Shown here: in pieces, positions 21,546-32,806 of the stretch
How positions within the stretch are numbered: position 1 is the stretch's first letter
Layout: every line of letters starts with the position of its first letter
NCBI GenBank assembly: GCA_963717145.1
Contig: OY970325.1
Coordinates: 3,904,001 to 3,968,000, forward strand
Origin: an uncultured Armatimonadetes bacterium
Lineage (GTDB): Bacteria > Armatimonadota > UBA5829 > DTJY01
Length of the DNA: 64,000 nucleotides
Reading direction: 5' to 3'
Notes under the pieces: model-generated
Seen by the model: the letters and a program-made list of their open reading frames with translations, nothing else
What the model was told of the DNA's origin: nothing
The model's database searches: none
Made by a program: the position numbers and the translations under genes

Positions 21546-23370
21546 TAGCGTTCATCCCCTCATGGGCACTCTCATCCGAGACTTTTCCCGATTCCTTCAG
21601 AAACGCCCTGAATCGCTTCATAGATTCGTCACCCGGACCCTCTACGGGATCGATGACTCCATTCTTGATGCGCGGCTCGAGAAAATCATGTGTTCGCAAG
21701 CTCTTCAGGCGCGCTTTCTTTACGGCCGACGCACACCCGCGCAGCCACTCCTCCGTCAGCGGAGGCCCCTCGCCGGATACCGCAAGCTCGGCGATGATCT
21801 TGCCGGCAGCGGGACCGACCGTTTCCAGGAGGCTTGGCACGTTGACCGAACCCTCTTTGGCGATCATCTCGAGCACTGCGGCACATGCTTCGCGCCCTGC
21901 CTCGGTGGCAAAATCATCAGCGGATACGGTCTCGACCAGGACTCCGGTCCATTCGCTGCCCTGAATCAGGGCCAGGAGCACGCTCTTCTCAGCGCTCCCG
22001 AGCCTGACATGTTCCTGCGATGGACCTGCGGGGGCTGCGTCTCTGTGAGCGCCTGGCCGACCGGATGCGGCGCTCCGTTGAAGAAGCCGATCGATCTCCT
22101 GCCGTATGTCGTTCTCCGCGATCCGTCCGGTCTCCCAGTTCGGGTGGTTCCGGCCGACCGCGAGGCTCTTTATGTATCTTTCCCGTTCCAGAGTCGAAGG
22201 AATCTCCGCCAGGATGTGGACGGCGTCATTCAGCAGGGCACTCCGTCCGGCGGCCGTCGATAAGTCGTGTTCCTCGGCCAGCAGATGCAGCCGGTAGTCT
22301 ATGATCGGCAGCGCATCCGACGTGGCCGATGCAAACGCGGCCGTCTCTCCCCTGCGAAGAAGGCTGTCCGGGTCGTCACCTTTCGGCAGCCGAGCTATGC
22401 GCACGTCGAATTCGGCATCCATGAACATCGCCGCTCCTCGAAGAGCGGCCTTCATCCCGGCGGAATCCGCGTCGTAGGCCAGCACTATCTTCTTGGTATA
22501 GCGCGAGAGAACTCTTGTGTGCTCCAGTGTCAGCGCCGTGCCGAGCGTCGCCACGCAGTTGCCGAATCCCGCCTGGTGGGCGGCGATGACGTCCGTGTAG
22601 CCCTCGACGACCAGAGCAGACTCGTCGGACGCGATCTTCTTTCTGGCAACGTTGAGGCCGTAGAGCGCCTTGGTCTTGCTGAAGAGCGGCGTCTCCGGCG
22701 AGTTCAGATACTTCGGCTGGTCATCGGGGTCGATCGCTCGGCCGCCGAAGCCGATGACTCGTTCCTGAATGTCAAGGATCGGGAAGACTATTCTGTGTCT
22801 GAACCGGTCGTAGTAGCCGCGATCGCCTTTGATCAGCAGGCCGGCCTGAGCCGCATCGTCCGGGCTCACCTTCTTCTCGGCAAGGAAACGGGTCAGCCCG
22901 TCCCATGCGGGGGCCGCGTAGCCCAATCGGAATTCATCGATTGTCTGATCGGCCAGTCCGCGTCCGCTGAGATACGCTGTCGCAATCTGCGTGCGCTTCA
23001 GCAGGGCGGCGTAATAAACCGCAGCGAGACTATTGATTCTACTCAGAAGCTCCCTGCGGCTTGTTTGGCGATCGCTAGAGCGTGTCAGCTCTACTCCGGT
23101 TTTCTTTGCGAGCCGTTCCAGAACTTCGGCGAAGGTCAGGTTCTCGATCTTCATCAGGAACGAGAACACATCACCGTGTTCTCCGCACCCGAAGCAGTGC
23201 CAGGACTGGAACTCCTCGCTTACGTTAAAGGATGAAGTTTTCTCGGCATGAAACGGACAGAGGCCCTTGTAGCTCTTGCCGGCGCGTTTGAGCGTTACGT
23301 ACTCGGATATGATATCGAGTATGTTGATCCGGCTTCGGATCTCTTCGACTGAATCCCGCGAGTCGACCAC
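21535..23370 (-). CDS. dnaG: DNA primase
   Basis: CPFH...CFGC zinc finger, [15 protein letters not shown] and YDADSAG Toprim motifs. Confidence 0.97.
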
Positions 23371-23383
23371 ACGGAGTCACCCG

Positions 23384-24016
23384 TTAATCCATGAATGCGA
23401 TAGTGATACCCACTACCTGATTGCCGACCAGTGTGAACGCGACTCGGTCCGAGTTGGCGTATCTCAGCACCATGTTTATCCCCGATATCGAGTGCGATTC
23501 CGGGAACCCGTAGGCCAGAATGACCTCTTTGTAGGTGTCGCCGAGAGTTATCCCTTTGGCGGTCTTCATCCCGGACCACTCTACTCCAAACGCAGCGATC
23601 TGCAGCACCAGGCCCTTGCTATCCAGTATGAACTCGAGCGTCTTGTTCTTGGCGAAATTGTAGACCCAGATGACCTCTCTGCCACCGGCCTGGGTCTGCT
23701 GGGGCATTCCCATATTCGGCCCGAATCCCGGGGGCGGCTGCATGCCCATCCCCGGCGGGGGAGTCTCTATGGGCGTCCCCATTCCTGGCGGGGGCGTCTC
23801 CATGCCGAACGGCGAACCGTTCATCGGGCCCATAGCCGGACCGCCGCCACCGCCGGGTCTCACTTCGGAGGGGTCGCCATACTTCTGGATAATGCTGAAC
23901 GCAGATCTGGCCAGCTTGATGCCGCCTAACTGGATCTCCGCCGCCGATGCAGCAGTTGTGACCACAAGGAACGCCGCGACGAAAATGATAATTGCGATGC
24001 TAGACTTCCGAGACAC
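23384..24016 (-). CDS. Secreted hypothetical protein with Pro/Gly/Met-rich linker
   Basis: Signal peptide; (E/Q)xPPPG repeats; duplicated YG.P motifs. Confidence 0.7.
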   Translation of the reverse strand: MSRKSSIAIIIFVAAFLVVTTAASAAEIQLGGIKLARSAFSIIQKYGDPSEVRPGGGGGPAMGPMNGSPFGMETPPPGMGTPIETPPPGMGMQPPPGFGPNMGMPQQTQAGGREVIWVYNFAKNKTLEFILDSKGLVLQIAAFGVEWSGMKTAKGITLGDTYKEVILAYGFPESHSISGINMVLRYANSDRVAFTLVGNQVVGITIAFMD

Positions 24017-24323
24017 GAGTTACCCTCGCTTTCCGCTTCCATTCAAGTAGGAAGCTTCAACGGTATGCGCAGAATCTCCTTCTTTGCACGGTGAAATATT
24101 TGCCTCGATCAGCCAGTCGTGCAACAGCGTCGCCCCACGCTGGAGCTTTGCGCGCGATTGACCAATCATACTAATATGACGAGCTTCGTCGCGCTATAGT
24201 TCCGACGGTGAGGGAACGAGGCAAAAGGTTGACCGTGAGTTGTCCGCCATGCTATAATATGCGAGCACGACAAAGGCCTGATGGATTGCCCCCCACTCGG
24301 ACTGAAAGGTAGTTTTAGCAGTT

Positions 24324-26045
24324 ATGGTTGAGCACGAGGCCCTGGCACTGCTCCAGAAGGAAATCGAGGAGAAGACTCGGTATATCACAGCTCTGGAGAA
24401 GGCCAATAAAGAGCTTGAACAGAGGATCCGCAGCTCCTCCGAAGCGGGCGAGCCCGCACCGATTACTGAACTCGATGAGACCCTGAAGCGGTTCGTTGCT
24501 AAGACGGCCGCGATCTTGCAGGCCGAGAAATGCGTCTTCATGCTCCTCGACAAGGACAAGGGCGAACTGGTCGCCACGAGGCCCGCGTACGGCCTGAGTG
24601 ACGACGACGTGAGGAAGTTCAGGATCCGCGCAACCGATGGCGTTTCGGGAGAGGTCTTCCGAGAGGGCAAGCCGGTCATTCTCTACGATGCCGTCGCCGA
24701 TGAGCGCACCATGAAGGAAAACGTGACGCTCCTGGACGTGCGCAACGGCGTCTGCGTCCCCCTGGTCGTCGAGAAACGCGACGATGAGAACCGCGTGATC
24801 GAGACGAACACCATCGGCGTTCTCCACGTCTTCAACAAACGCTATGGTAATATCTTCATCGAGGAAGACGTCCGTCTCCTCGAACGCCTCGCTCGAAATG
24901 CTACCGCCGTCATCCAGAACGCTCAGATGTTCCGTGAGGTCGTCGAGGAGAAAGAAGAACTCGAGCACATCATCGAGAGCGTCTATGCCGGTCTGCTAAT
25001 GGTGAACCGAGAGGGCCGGATAATGCAGGCGAACGCGTCGGCCCGCGAGATGCTCGGCATCCAGAGCAAGGATATCAGCAGGCTCTACTACGAGATCATC
25101 GAGGATGCAAAGGCCAAGGAGATCGTGTCCAGCGCCCTCGAGTCCGGCGAAGAGACCGCCGGTGAGGTCTCGCTTATCCGCCCTGATGAAGAAGAGGAGC
25201 ACATCTACCAGGTCCAGACTGCTCTGGTCAGGGGCGAGGACGCATCCGTCATGGGTGCAGTCGCAATCTTTAACGATATTACCGAGCTTCGCAACATCGA
25301 GCGCATGAAAACCGCGTTCGTCTCCACGGTTTCGCACGAACTCAGGACTCCCCTGACCTCGATCAAGGGGTTCGTCTCCACACTGCTGGCTGATGCCGAC
25401 GGTTACTACGACCTGGAGACCCAGCGTGAGTTCTACACGATCATCGACATGGAATGCGACCGTCTGACCAGGCTGATCAGCGACCTCCTGAACGTGTCGA
25501 GGATCGAGGCCGGACGCGCGCTCGATCTCAACCCGAAGTCCGTGGACCTGTACACCCTGTCCGAAAAGGTCATCAGCGTCCAGAGGTCCTACACCAACAA
25601 GCATGAACTGATACTGAGCCTGTCGGAGGGCATCCCATCCATTATTGCCGACGAGGACAAGGTCGATCAGATCCTGACCAACCTGATCAGCAACGCCATC
25701 AAATACTCTCCCAAGGGCGGCGATGTCACGATCACCGGCGGCTTCTCCGACGGCTTGGTGACCATGAGCGTATCCGACCAGGGCATGGGCATCCCCAAGG
25801 AGCACATGGGCAAGGTGTTCGAGAGGTTCCATCGAGTCGATAACAGGGATACCAGGCAGGTCGGCGGAACAGGCATCGGGCTCTACCTGGTCAAGCACCT
25901 GGTGGAGGCACATGGCGGCAAGATCTGGATCGAAAGCGAAGTTGGCAAGGGCTCGAGCTTCATCTTCACTCTTCCACTGAAGCCTCCCTGCGTGGTGGAA
26001 GAGGAGAAGGAGGCCCAAGAGGCCGCGGCCGCCGGCGCTCCCTAG
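24324..26045 (+). CDS. Cytoplasmic GAF-PAS sensor histidine kinase
   Basis: [13 protein letters not shown]-box; [14 protein letters not shown] and GGTGIGL boxes; N-terminal GAF and PAS; no adjacent response regulator. Confidence 0.92.
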   Translation: MVEHEALALLQKEIEEKTRYITALEKANKELEQRIRSSSEAGEPAPITELDETLKRFVAKTAAILQAEKCVFMLLDKDKGELVATRPAYGLSDDDVRKFRIRATDGVSGEVFREGKPVILYDAVADERTMKENVTLLDVRNGVCVPLVVEKRDDENRVIETNTIGVLHVFNKRYGNIFIEEDVRLLERLARNATAVIQNAQMFREVVEEKEELEHIIESVYAGLLMVNREGRIMQANASAREMLGIQSKDISRLYYEIIEDAKAKEIVSSALESGEETAGEVSLIRPDEEEEHIYQVQTALVRGEDASVMGAVAIFNDITELRNIERMKTAFVSTVSHELRTPLTSIKGFVSTLLADADGYYDLETQREFYTIIDMECDRLTRLISDLLNVSRIEAGRALDLNPKSVDLYTLSEKVISVQRSYTNKHELILSLSEGIPSIIADEDKVDQILTNLISNAIKYSPKGGDVTITGGFSDGLVTMSVSDQGMGIPKEHMGKVFERFHRVDNRDTRQVGGTGIGLYLVKHLVEAHGGKIWIESEVGKGSSFIFTLPLKPPCVVEEEKEAQEAAAAGAP

Positions 26046-26075
26046 CGCACCACATAGCTATTCCAATCAGAAACC

Positions 26076-26190
26076 ACCGTCAGTCCTGAGTGCGCCGGTG
26101 AATGACGGCGTGTATCGAAGGACGGCATTGCTGCACCGAGCCGTCCTTCGATACACGCCGTCATTCACCGGCGCACTCAGGACTGACGGT
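26076..26190. repeat. Long perfect palindromic element, copy 1
   Basis: 51-bp perfect inverted arms and 13-nt loop; related copy at 53559-53668. Confidence 0.9.
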
Positions 26191-26232
26191 ATGGGCTTGC
26201 TTAGGAGCGAAGGACGTAACGGCCACTACCCG

Positions 26233-26691
26233 ATGATGACTCGTGAAACCGTCAGAATCCTCGTTCAGAGAGTGCCGGGGGCCGAAGACCTCCCACTGCC
26301 CGACTACGCGACCTCCGGCTCGGCCGGAATGGATCTCCTCGCCGCAGTAGACTCGGATGTCGTTCTCCAACCCGGCGAGCGCGGGCTCGTCTCCACCGGA
26401 ATACGCGCCGCGATCCCCGAAGGCTTCGAAGGCCAGGTGCGACCGAGGAGCGGACTCGCGCTTCGGAACGGCATCAGCATGGTCAATTCCCCCGGAACCA
26501 TCGACTCAGACTACCGAGGCATCATCCAGGTGATAATGATCGACCACGGCGACGAGCCGTTCATCGTACGCAGAGGTGATCGAATCGCCCAACTGATCTT
26601 CGCCCCGGTCGCCCGCGCGGTTCTCGTCGAGAGCGGCGAACTCCCCGATACCTCCAGGAACGACGGCGGCTTCGGCCACACCGGAGTGTAA
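26233..26691 (+). CDS. dut: dUTP diphosphatase
   Basis: [31 protein letters not shown] and GGFGHTG motifs. Confidence 0.97.
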   Translation: MMTRETVRILVQRVPGAEDLPLPDYATSGSAGMDLLAAVDSDVVLQPGERGLVSTGIRAAIPEGFEGQVRPRSGLALRNGISMVNSPGTIDSDYRGIIQVIMIDHGDEPFIVRRGDRIAQLIFAPVARAVLVESGELPDTSRNDGGFGHTGV

Positions 26692-26757
26692 GGAGTATGG
26701 GGGTGTGGGAGTATGGGCGATCCGGACACTCCCATACTCCCACACCCTCGCACTCCG
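26692..26757. repeat. Inverted clusters of GGAGT(A/G)TG octamer-like repeats
   Basis: GGAGTATGG/GGGTGTGG units mirrored by CCCATACTCC/CACACCC; same unit at 29352-29392. Confidence 0.7.
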
Positions 26758-26761
26758 CATG

Positions 26762-28261
26762 GTAAGAGTTCACGATCATTGATAATCTGAGGAAGGTACC
26801 CCAGGATCGGCTGTCGAATGGTAGGTTGTGAACGATCTCGGCAACCTATCAAGAGAAGAACTGATCGGCATCGTCTTGGAGCAGCACCAGGCGATCCGAG
26901 AGCAGCATCAGGCCGTCCTGGAGTTGCGTGAAGGTGTAGACACCCTGACCGAACGCGTCCGAGCGCTTGAGAAGGAGAATGAAGAACTCCGGTCCAAGCT
27001 CGGTGGCGGCGGCAGGACGATACCTGCCTTTGTGAAGGCAAACCGGCCCGAGCGCAAGAAGAAGGATCGCAAGAAGCGGCAGAAGTCGTTTGCCCGCTTG
27101 AGGGAGACCCCCACGGAGATCGTGGAGCACGCGCTCGACACCTGTCCCGACTGCGGCAGGAAGCTCTCCGGCGGCACGATGCATCACAGCCGGCAGGTGA
27201 TCGAGATACCGGTGATGCCGGTCAGGATCATCGAGCACCTGGTGATCGGACGGTACTGCGGAGTCTGCCACAAGATACACGTGCCGAAGCTCGACCTCTC
27301 CGAAGAGGTGGTCGGGACACACCGGGTGGGCATCCGGCTGATGAGCCTGGTGAGCTATCTCCACACGGTCGGTAGAATGCCGGTCGAGCGTGTGCAGAAG
27401 CTTCTGGAATCACTCTACGGTCTGCATCTCGGGCGCGGAGAGATCACAAAGATACTACATACGGTAGCATCCATGGGGAAGTCGGAGGTAGAGAAGCTTC
27501 TTCATGCGGTGCGGGGAAGCCCTGCGGTGAACGCGGATGAGACCGGCTGGCGGGAAGACGGGAGGAACGGATACATCTGGAGCTTCTCGACGCCACGCGT
27601 GCGCTACTTCATCCGAGACAAGAGTCGGAGCGGAGAGGTCGCAAAGGATGTGCTGGGAGAGGACTACGGCGGTGTAGTCGTAAGCGACTTCTACTGCGGT
27701 TACAACGTGCTCTTGGGGCGGCATCAGCGGTGCTGGGTGCACTACCTGCGGGACTTGCGAACGCTCGTCGAGGCGAACCCTGACAAGAGAGGGGTAGCAG
27801 TCTGGGTCGGCAAGGTCAAGGCCGTTTACAGACGCGCGAAGAGATATTCGAACGAGGAGTCGAAGGCTCGGCACGAGCAGCGGATCGCATTCGAGGAAGA
27901 GTTGCTTCGACTCGCCAGACCATATGTGAAGCGGGATGTTCCGCAGAGGATACTCGCTGAGCGGATCGAGAGATTCCTGCCGGAGCTGTTTGTCTTCGTA
28001 GAATGTCCGGAAGTACCAAGCGAGAACAACGCGGCCGAGCGAGCGATCCGGCCTGCGGTAACGGCTCGCAAGATCAGCGGCGGCACACGGTCGGCCAAGG
28101 GATCTGAGACCCGCATGGCGCTGATGAGTCTATTCGGGACCTGGCACTTGCGTGGTGAAGATGCGATGGAGTCATGCCGGCGGATGCTCATGGGCGTTCC
28201 TCAGACACCCGCGACCGATCCAGCCTGACAAACTTCACTATCAACGATCGTGAACTCTTTC
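26762..28261 (+). mobile_element. IS66-family element, single-ORF ISBst12-like (1500 bp), distinct from the first
   Basis: IRs GTAAGAGTTCACGATCATTGATA and GAAAGAGTTCACGATCGTTGATA; 8-bp TSD TCCGCATG at 26754-61 and 28262-69. Confidence 0.95.
26828..28228 (+). CDS. IS66 transposase
   Basis: CPDCG, ADETGW, HQRCWVHY and ENNAAERAIR motifs. Confidence 0.95.
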   Translation: MNDLGNLSREELIGIVLEQHQAIREQHQAVLELREGVDTLTERVRALEKENEELRSKLGGGGRTIPAFVKANRPERKKKDRKKRQKSFARLRETPTEIVEHALDTCPDCGRKLSGGTMHHSRQVIEIPVMPVRIIEHLVIGRYCGVCHKIHVPKLDLSEEVVGTHRVGIRLMSLVSYLHTVGRMPVERVQKLLESLYGLHLGRGEITKILHTVASMGKSEVEKLLHAVRGSPAVNADETGWREDGRNGYIWSFSTPRVRYFIRDKSRSGEVAKDVLGEDYGGVVVSDFYCGYNVLLGRHQRCWVHYLRDLRTLVEANPDKRGVAVWVGKVKAVYRRAKRYSNEESKARHEQRIAFEEELLRLARPYVKRDVPQRILAERIERFLPELFVFVECPEVPSENNAAERAIRPAVTARKISGGTRSAKGSETRMALMSLFGTWHLRGEDAMESCRRMLMGVPQTPATDPA

Positions 28262-28336
28262 TCCGCATGCAGGGTATTGACGCACAAGCCGAGAAGCAGT
28301 AATCTGGTACTGGATCTCCGAGCTTGGAACGATACC

Positions 28337-29353
28337 ATGTCCACTTGCCCGAAATGCACAGCGCCCATACCGCCCGACGCCAAGTTCTGCACCGAGTGCG
28401 GGACGCCCATGCCTGCGGCTGAACCGCCGGAGACCGTCGATCCGTGCCTCGATGAGGCGCATACCGCCCTCGCCGCCGCCAATCTCCTGAAGCTGAGAGG
28501 CGAGTGGCAGGGCGCCATCGACAAATGCATGCTCGTCCTCTCCCTGGATGAGGATGATGCGGCCGCTTACTCGCTCCTCGGCGACATCTATCGGGATCAG
28601 GGGCAGTTCGGCGAGGCGATGCATTGGTACAGGCTGGCTCTCGATCTCAATCCCGACAGCCCCGCCAACAAGACAAAGCTCGAACAGACCATGGCCAGTT
28701 CCCTGACGGAACGGGCGCCGAAACGCGACAGGAAGGCGGAGGCGATCCTGACCGCCAAACGAGTGCTCGCCGAATCGGCGCTGGCGATAGGGCTACTGCT
28801 CATCATAACCACCATCTGGCCGATGATATTCCGTCCGAAGATCGGCTCTGAGACGCCTCCTGACCGGCAGTCCGAGGTGCCGCAGAGGTACCGGCTGCCG
28901 ATGATCACCGACAACGGAGAAGCCACGCAGACTCCCGCGAATCCGGCCGCCGAAGTGTCCATGTCGAAGCGCGAGGACGCGCTCTTCCAGGCGCTCAACG
29001 CGTCGCCGGTATTGATACAGCGTAATCTGCTGGTACGAAGCATTCTGATAGATCCGAGAAACCGTTCGGCGGTGATCACTGTGCTCTGCCCTCAGACTGT
29101 TCAGGGGACCGCAACCGAAGCTCTCGTTCGCAGCAGCCTGATCGTGCTGCGAGAGGCGTGCTTCAAGGAGCACGGCCTCGATCGCTTCACCGTGAGGGCC
29201 ATGTACGATGGATCGGGCAGCAGGCCGGCGGAGATCCGGTTCGTGGCCGATGCCGAGCGCAACTCGGTGCTGTCGATCGGCCCTGAGTCCGCCGAGTACG
29301 CTCAGCTCGTAGGGGTGCTGCAGAACCCGTGGTGGGCCGCGGGGGACAAATAG
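28337..29353 (+). CDS. Zinc-ribbon + TPR + TM membrane protein
   Basis: CPKC...FCTECG zinc ribbon; TPR (AYSLLGDIY...ALDLNP); central TM helix. Confidence 0.8.
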   Translation: MSTCPKCTAPIPPDAKFCTECGTPMPAAEPPETVDPCLDEAHTALAAANLLKLRGEWQGAIDKCMLVLSLDEDDAAAYSLLGDIYRDQGQFGEAMHWYRLALDLNPDSPANKTKLEQTMASSLTERAPKRDRKAEAILTAKRVLAESALAIGLLLIITTIWPMIFRPKIGSETPPDRQSEVPQRYRLPMITDNGEATQTPANPAAEVSMSKREDALFQALNASPVLIQRNLLVRSILIDPRNRSAVITVLCPQTVQGTATEALVRSSLIVLREACFKEHGLDRFTVRAMYDGSGSRPAEIRFVADAERNSVLSIGPESAEYAQLVGVLQNPWWAAGDK

Positions 29354-29394
29354 TGTGGGAGTATGGGAGTATGGGAGTATCGGAGTGTGGAGGC

Positions 29395-30654
29395 ATGATT
29401 GAGCCGAGAGATCGTATGATCCGCGTCCTCTCCGGCGAACGAGTCGATCCGCCACCGGTCGTGCTCCACAGTTGGGGCGACTACAAGGTCGAACTCGCCG
29501 GCCACGATCCGAAGTTCCAGTACTATCAGGGCGGGCGGGAGCTTGCTGAGATCGAGCGGACCTTCTACGAGCGGTTCCGGCCCGATTGGATGCACCTCGG
29601 TTCGGCGGGCTGGAAGGGATTCTGGGATCGCGCGCGTAAGGTCGAGGACGGCAAGGTATTCCTCGCGAGCGCCGACGGGAGTCGCTGGATCGAGGTCAGA
29701 GCCGACTACGGTCTCTCCGACTACAGCGATGTTCCCTGGTGGGGCAAGGGCCCGACCCTCAAGCTCGAATCGAAGGCCGAGATCGACGAATTCTTCGCCG
29801 CCATCGCCACCACCGAGCAGGGCATCATCGAGTCCGGCCGCTTCGATCACATGAGGATGCTTGCTATGGAGTGCGGAAGCGGAGTCTGCGGAGCTTCCGC
29901 TTTCGATCCGCCGGAGACCACGACAAATGGGGACAGGCACGATTTCCGCTCAGTTTCCGAACGGGGAAATGAAACAGATCCTGAGCGGAAATCGTGCCTG
30001 TCCCCATTTTTCCCATTTTTCCTCGCCATCAACGACGGCGCGCCGGGATCGTGGATCCACGGCTGGTCGTTCGAGGACACCGCCATCGCCTGCATCGACA
30101 AGCCCGACCTGGTGGCGTACTGCATATATAAGGACTGCGAGCGGTTCCTGACCGACGTCCGAGCCGCCAAGTCATGCGGCGCGGACGCCTACATCTTCTC
30201 CGAGGGATTCCCCGGGAGCCTCGACAACATCTCACCCGCGATGCACGAGCGGCTCGAAGGTGATACGAAGCGGTGGTTCTACGCCGAGGTCCGGAAGATC
30301 GGCCTGCTCCCGATCGGCTACTGGCTCGGCGACGTGCGCCCGAACATGCGGCTGATCAACAGCCTCGACATGGCCGGGTTGATGATCGAGGAGAGCAAGA
30401 AGACCTTTGTGCTTGATCCAGTGGAGATCCGCCGCATGCTTCGCCCGGAGGTCTGCCTCTTCGGAAACGTGGACAGCACGCTCCTCCGCCGTGGGAAGCC
30501 GGACGATATCCGCACGGAGGTCCGCCGGCAGTTCCGTACCGCCGAGCACGGTCCCTTCATTCTCGCGAACGGCAGCCCGATCGTCCCCGGCACCCCACCC
30601 GAGAACCTCGATGCCTACATGGATGAGGCCAGACTGCACACCACGGGCCGCTGA
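29395..30654 (+). CDS. Uroporphyrinogen decarboxylase/MtaA-like family protein with in-frame REP insertion
   Basis: LFGNVD and FILANG..I.PGTPPENL motifs; non-native segment at about 29860-30020. Confidence 0.8.
   Translation: MIEPRDRMIRVLSGERVDPPPVVLHSWGDYKVELAGHDPKFQYYQGGRELAEIERTFYERFRPDWMHLGSAGWKGFWDRARKVEDGKVFLASADGSRWIEVRADYGLSDYSDVPWWGKGPTLKLESKAEIDEFFAAIATTEQGIIESGRFDHMRMLAMECGSGVCGASAFDPPETTTNGDRHDFRSVSERGNETDPERKSCLSPFFPFFLAINDGAPGSWIHGWSFEDTAIACIDKPDLVAYCIYKDCERFLTDVRAAKSCGADAYIFSEGFPGSLDNISPAMHERLEGDTKRWFYAEVRKIGLLPIGYWLGDVRPNMRLINSLDMAGLMIEESKKTFVLDPVEIRRMLRPEVCLFGNVDSTLLRRGKPDDIRTEVRRQFRTAEHGPFILANGSPIVPGTPPENLDAYMDEARLHTTGR
29925..30009. repeat. GGGGACAGGCAC-type REP palindrome inside a CDS
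   Basis: 29-bp perfect IR AAATGGGGACAGGCACGATTTCCGCTCAG with a 27-nt loop. Confidence 0.9.
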
Positions 30655-30685
30655 CTGCCGGTCGGAAGCACGACGCATGATTGTC

Positions 30686-30826
30686 CCCCGTAAGAAGGGG
30701 GACCGGCCTCTGGGCCGAGGGGGTCTTGTCCTGCGAACCTCCCCCGGCCTGCTGGCCGGCCCCTCCTTCGTAAGGAGGGGCGCAGACGCAGACCACGAAA
30801 AAGAGGGCGAGGTTGCCCTCGCCCCA
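30686..30826. repeat. Intergenic palindromic repeat cluster and terminator-like hairpin
   Basis: CCCCTCCTTCGTAAGGAGGGG and GGGCGAGG-ttgc-CCTCGCCC hairpins between convergent genes. Confidence 0.55.
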
Positions 30827-30894
30827 CGTGAGGAGGTTCGATGTCCGGATCTCCCACGAAACCCGGACACCTTGTGCGCTGGTCAGGGATATGT

Positions 30895-32776
30895 CTAGAA
30901 GCCTGTCGACCAGGCGAGACGCCAGAGGTTGAACATGCCGTCGTTGTTCGGGTCGATCTCGTCATTCCAGTCCGACAGCGAATATTCGATGAGGACGCGC
31001 TCCCTTTCGGTCAGGTTGCGGGTGAACCCGATCGTCCATCGGTTGTCTCTCACCTCGACGGGATTCCAGACCCTCAGGAAGAGTCGGATCGCCCGGTACG
31101 AGCACGCCGACGTTCATCCTGCCCGTGGATTTCGACGTCAGGAATCGCCAGTACAACTGGGATTTCGGCGACGTCGCATAGTTCAGGCCGACCGAGAATT
31201 GCCTGTTCCGTGCATTATACGGAACGTCTGCGGTCGAGACAGGATCGAGAGCATGAGGAGCGAGTTCCCAGAGCGTGGTCGCATCGATCCGCGCAGCGGA
31301 AGCAAGAACATCGAGGGTCAGCTTGCCATTGATGCCATACCATGCTCCCAACATAGTATCGGTGAACTTGCTGTCGAGCCCCGCGTCATCCCGCTTCTCG
31401 TCATGCAGGCGGTGGTAGTCGCCGTAGAAGACAAGTCGGTCGTTGTATAGATACGTGGCATTCAAGCTCGCCTTTTTCCGACCGCCGGGAGAGCTCTTGA
31501 AGGCGGCATTGTCGATGTTCCAGTCCTCCATCTTGCCTGAGAGGCTCAGCTTCCAGTTCGGATTGTAGCGGAAACTGGCGCGCCAGATGTTCGAGGTAGT
31601 CGTCGCATTCATCAACTCGTCGAGGTCCGGGTCATCCGGGAAACCGTTTGCCAACGTCCGCTCGGTCTTCTTGCCCTCGTATCCGACGCGGATGAGAGCC
31701 TTACGTATCCCCGTATAGCCGGATTCAACCTCCACGGACCGTTCTCTTCGACTGAGCGCTATGTTCGTCGGCGGATCTCCTGGGGCATCAATCACCGGGC
31801 CCATGTGGTTGTCCAGCTCGTAGTCCCGGTATCTTCCGGTAAGCGTGAGCGCTCCAGTAGCCAGAAAAGTGAGGGCGGCATTGGTCGAGTTCAGATCGAC
31901 GCTCCTGCCATTTACGAGGCTCTCGGTCTTGTTCGTTCTCTCACGCTGGATATGCACGCCCGTGAAGTACAGACGGTCTGACAGACGGCTCCTCGCTCGA
32001 ATCACATTGGATGTGGTCTTGATGCTCGGGATTATTACCGTGCTCGGACGGTCTGCCGCAATCGACGACCGTCCTCCGTCCTCGAAGCTGTGATTCTCGT
32101 AGCTGTAGGTGACGGCGGTGCCGCTTCCCAGCCGCAAGTCGAGCCCCAGCGTTCCCTGATCGCTACTCCGATCGATCCCGAAGTCCACACTCTCCATTCG
32201 ACTCGGACCGGAGCCGCGGTAGTTGAACTGCATGACGCCATTCTCGGACTCCTGCCACCAGTTGGCCCTGTAGGCAATCCTTCCCGTGTTCGGGGTCAGC
32301 CGGAAGCCGATCTCATTCACTCGCCGGTTTATCTCGAGCGGGTTGCCCGGCGTAAGATCCACGACGAGCCCTCCCGTGATGCCCAGAGGCGACAGATACG
32401 GATCGACCCCGGGTATGCGCACGAGCCTGTGCAGCATGGAACTGGTCTTGGCGCTCAGGGAAAACTCATTCCGGACGCCCATCTTGAATGATATGTCCTC
32501 GTCACCGACTATCAGGTCCCGTGCATCGAGCCAGTACTGAAAGTCTCCACCGTAGCCGTATGAGTCGATCGATTCGATCCCCCAGAGGTCGAACCTTCGG
32601 CCGTCATACTCGCGCACTGTGTCCTGATTGCCGCTCTGGTCGTGGGTATACAGGCCGATTCCCACCTCAGTGCGCTCGTCCTGGCCTTTCAGCAGATCCG
32701 ACTGTCCGAGAGCGGGGACACATATGATCACTGCAACAAACAGCACTATCGCTATCGTTCTGCAACAAAAGTTCAT
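30895..32776 (-). CDS. mtrB: MtrB/PioB-like outer-membrane beta-barrel (one frameshift near 31070)
   Basis: Directly follows the decaheme gene; signal peptide; alternating beta-strand pattern; shifting frame near 31070 gives ...NLWRLAWSTGF*, a BAM-type terminal Phe. Confidence 0.75.
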
Positions 32777-32806
32777 CTGCTTTCCTCCTCTTCTCACTCC
32801 CATTCG

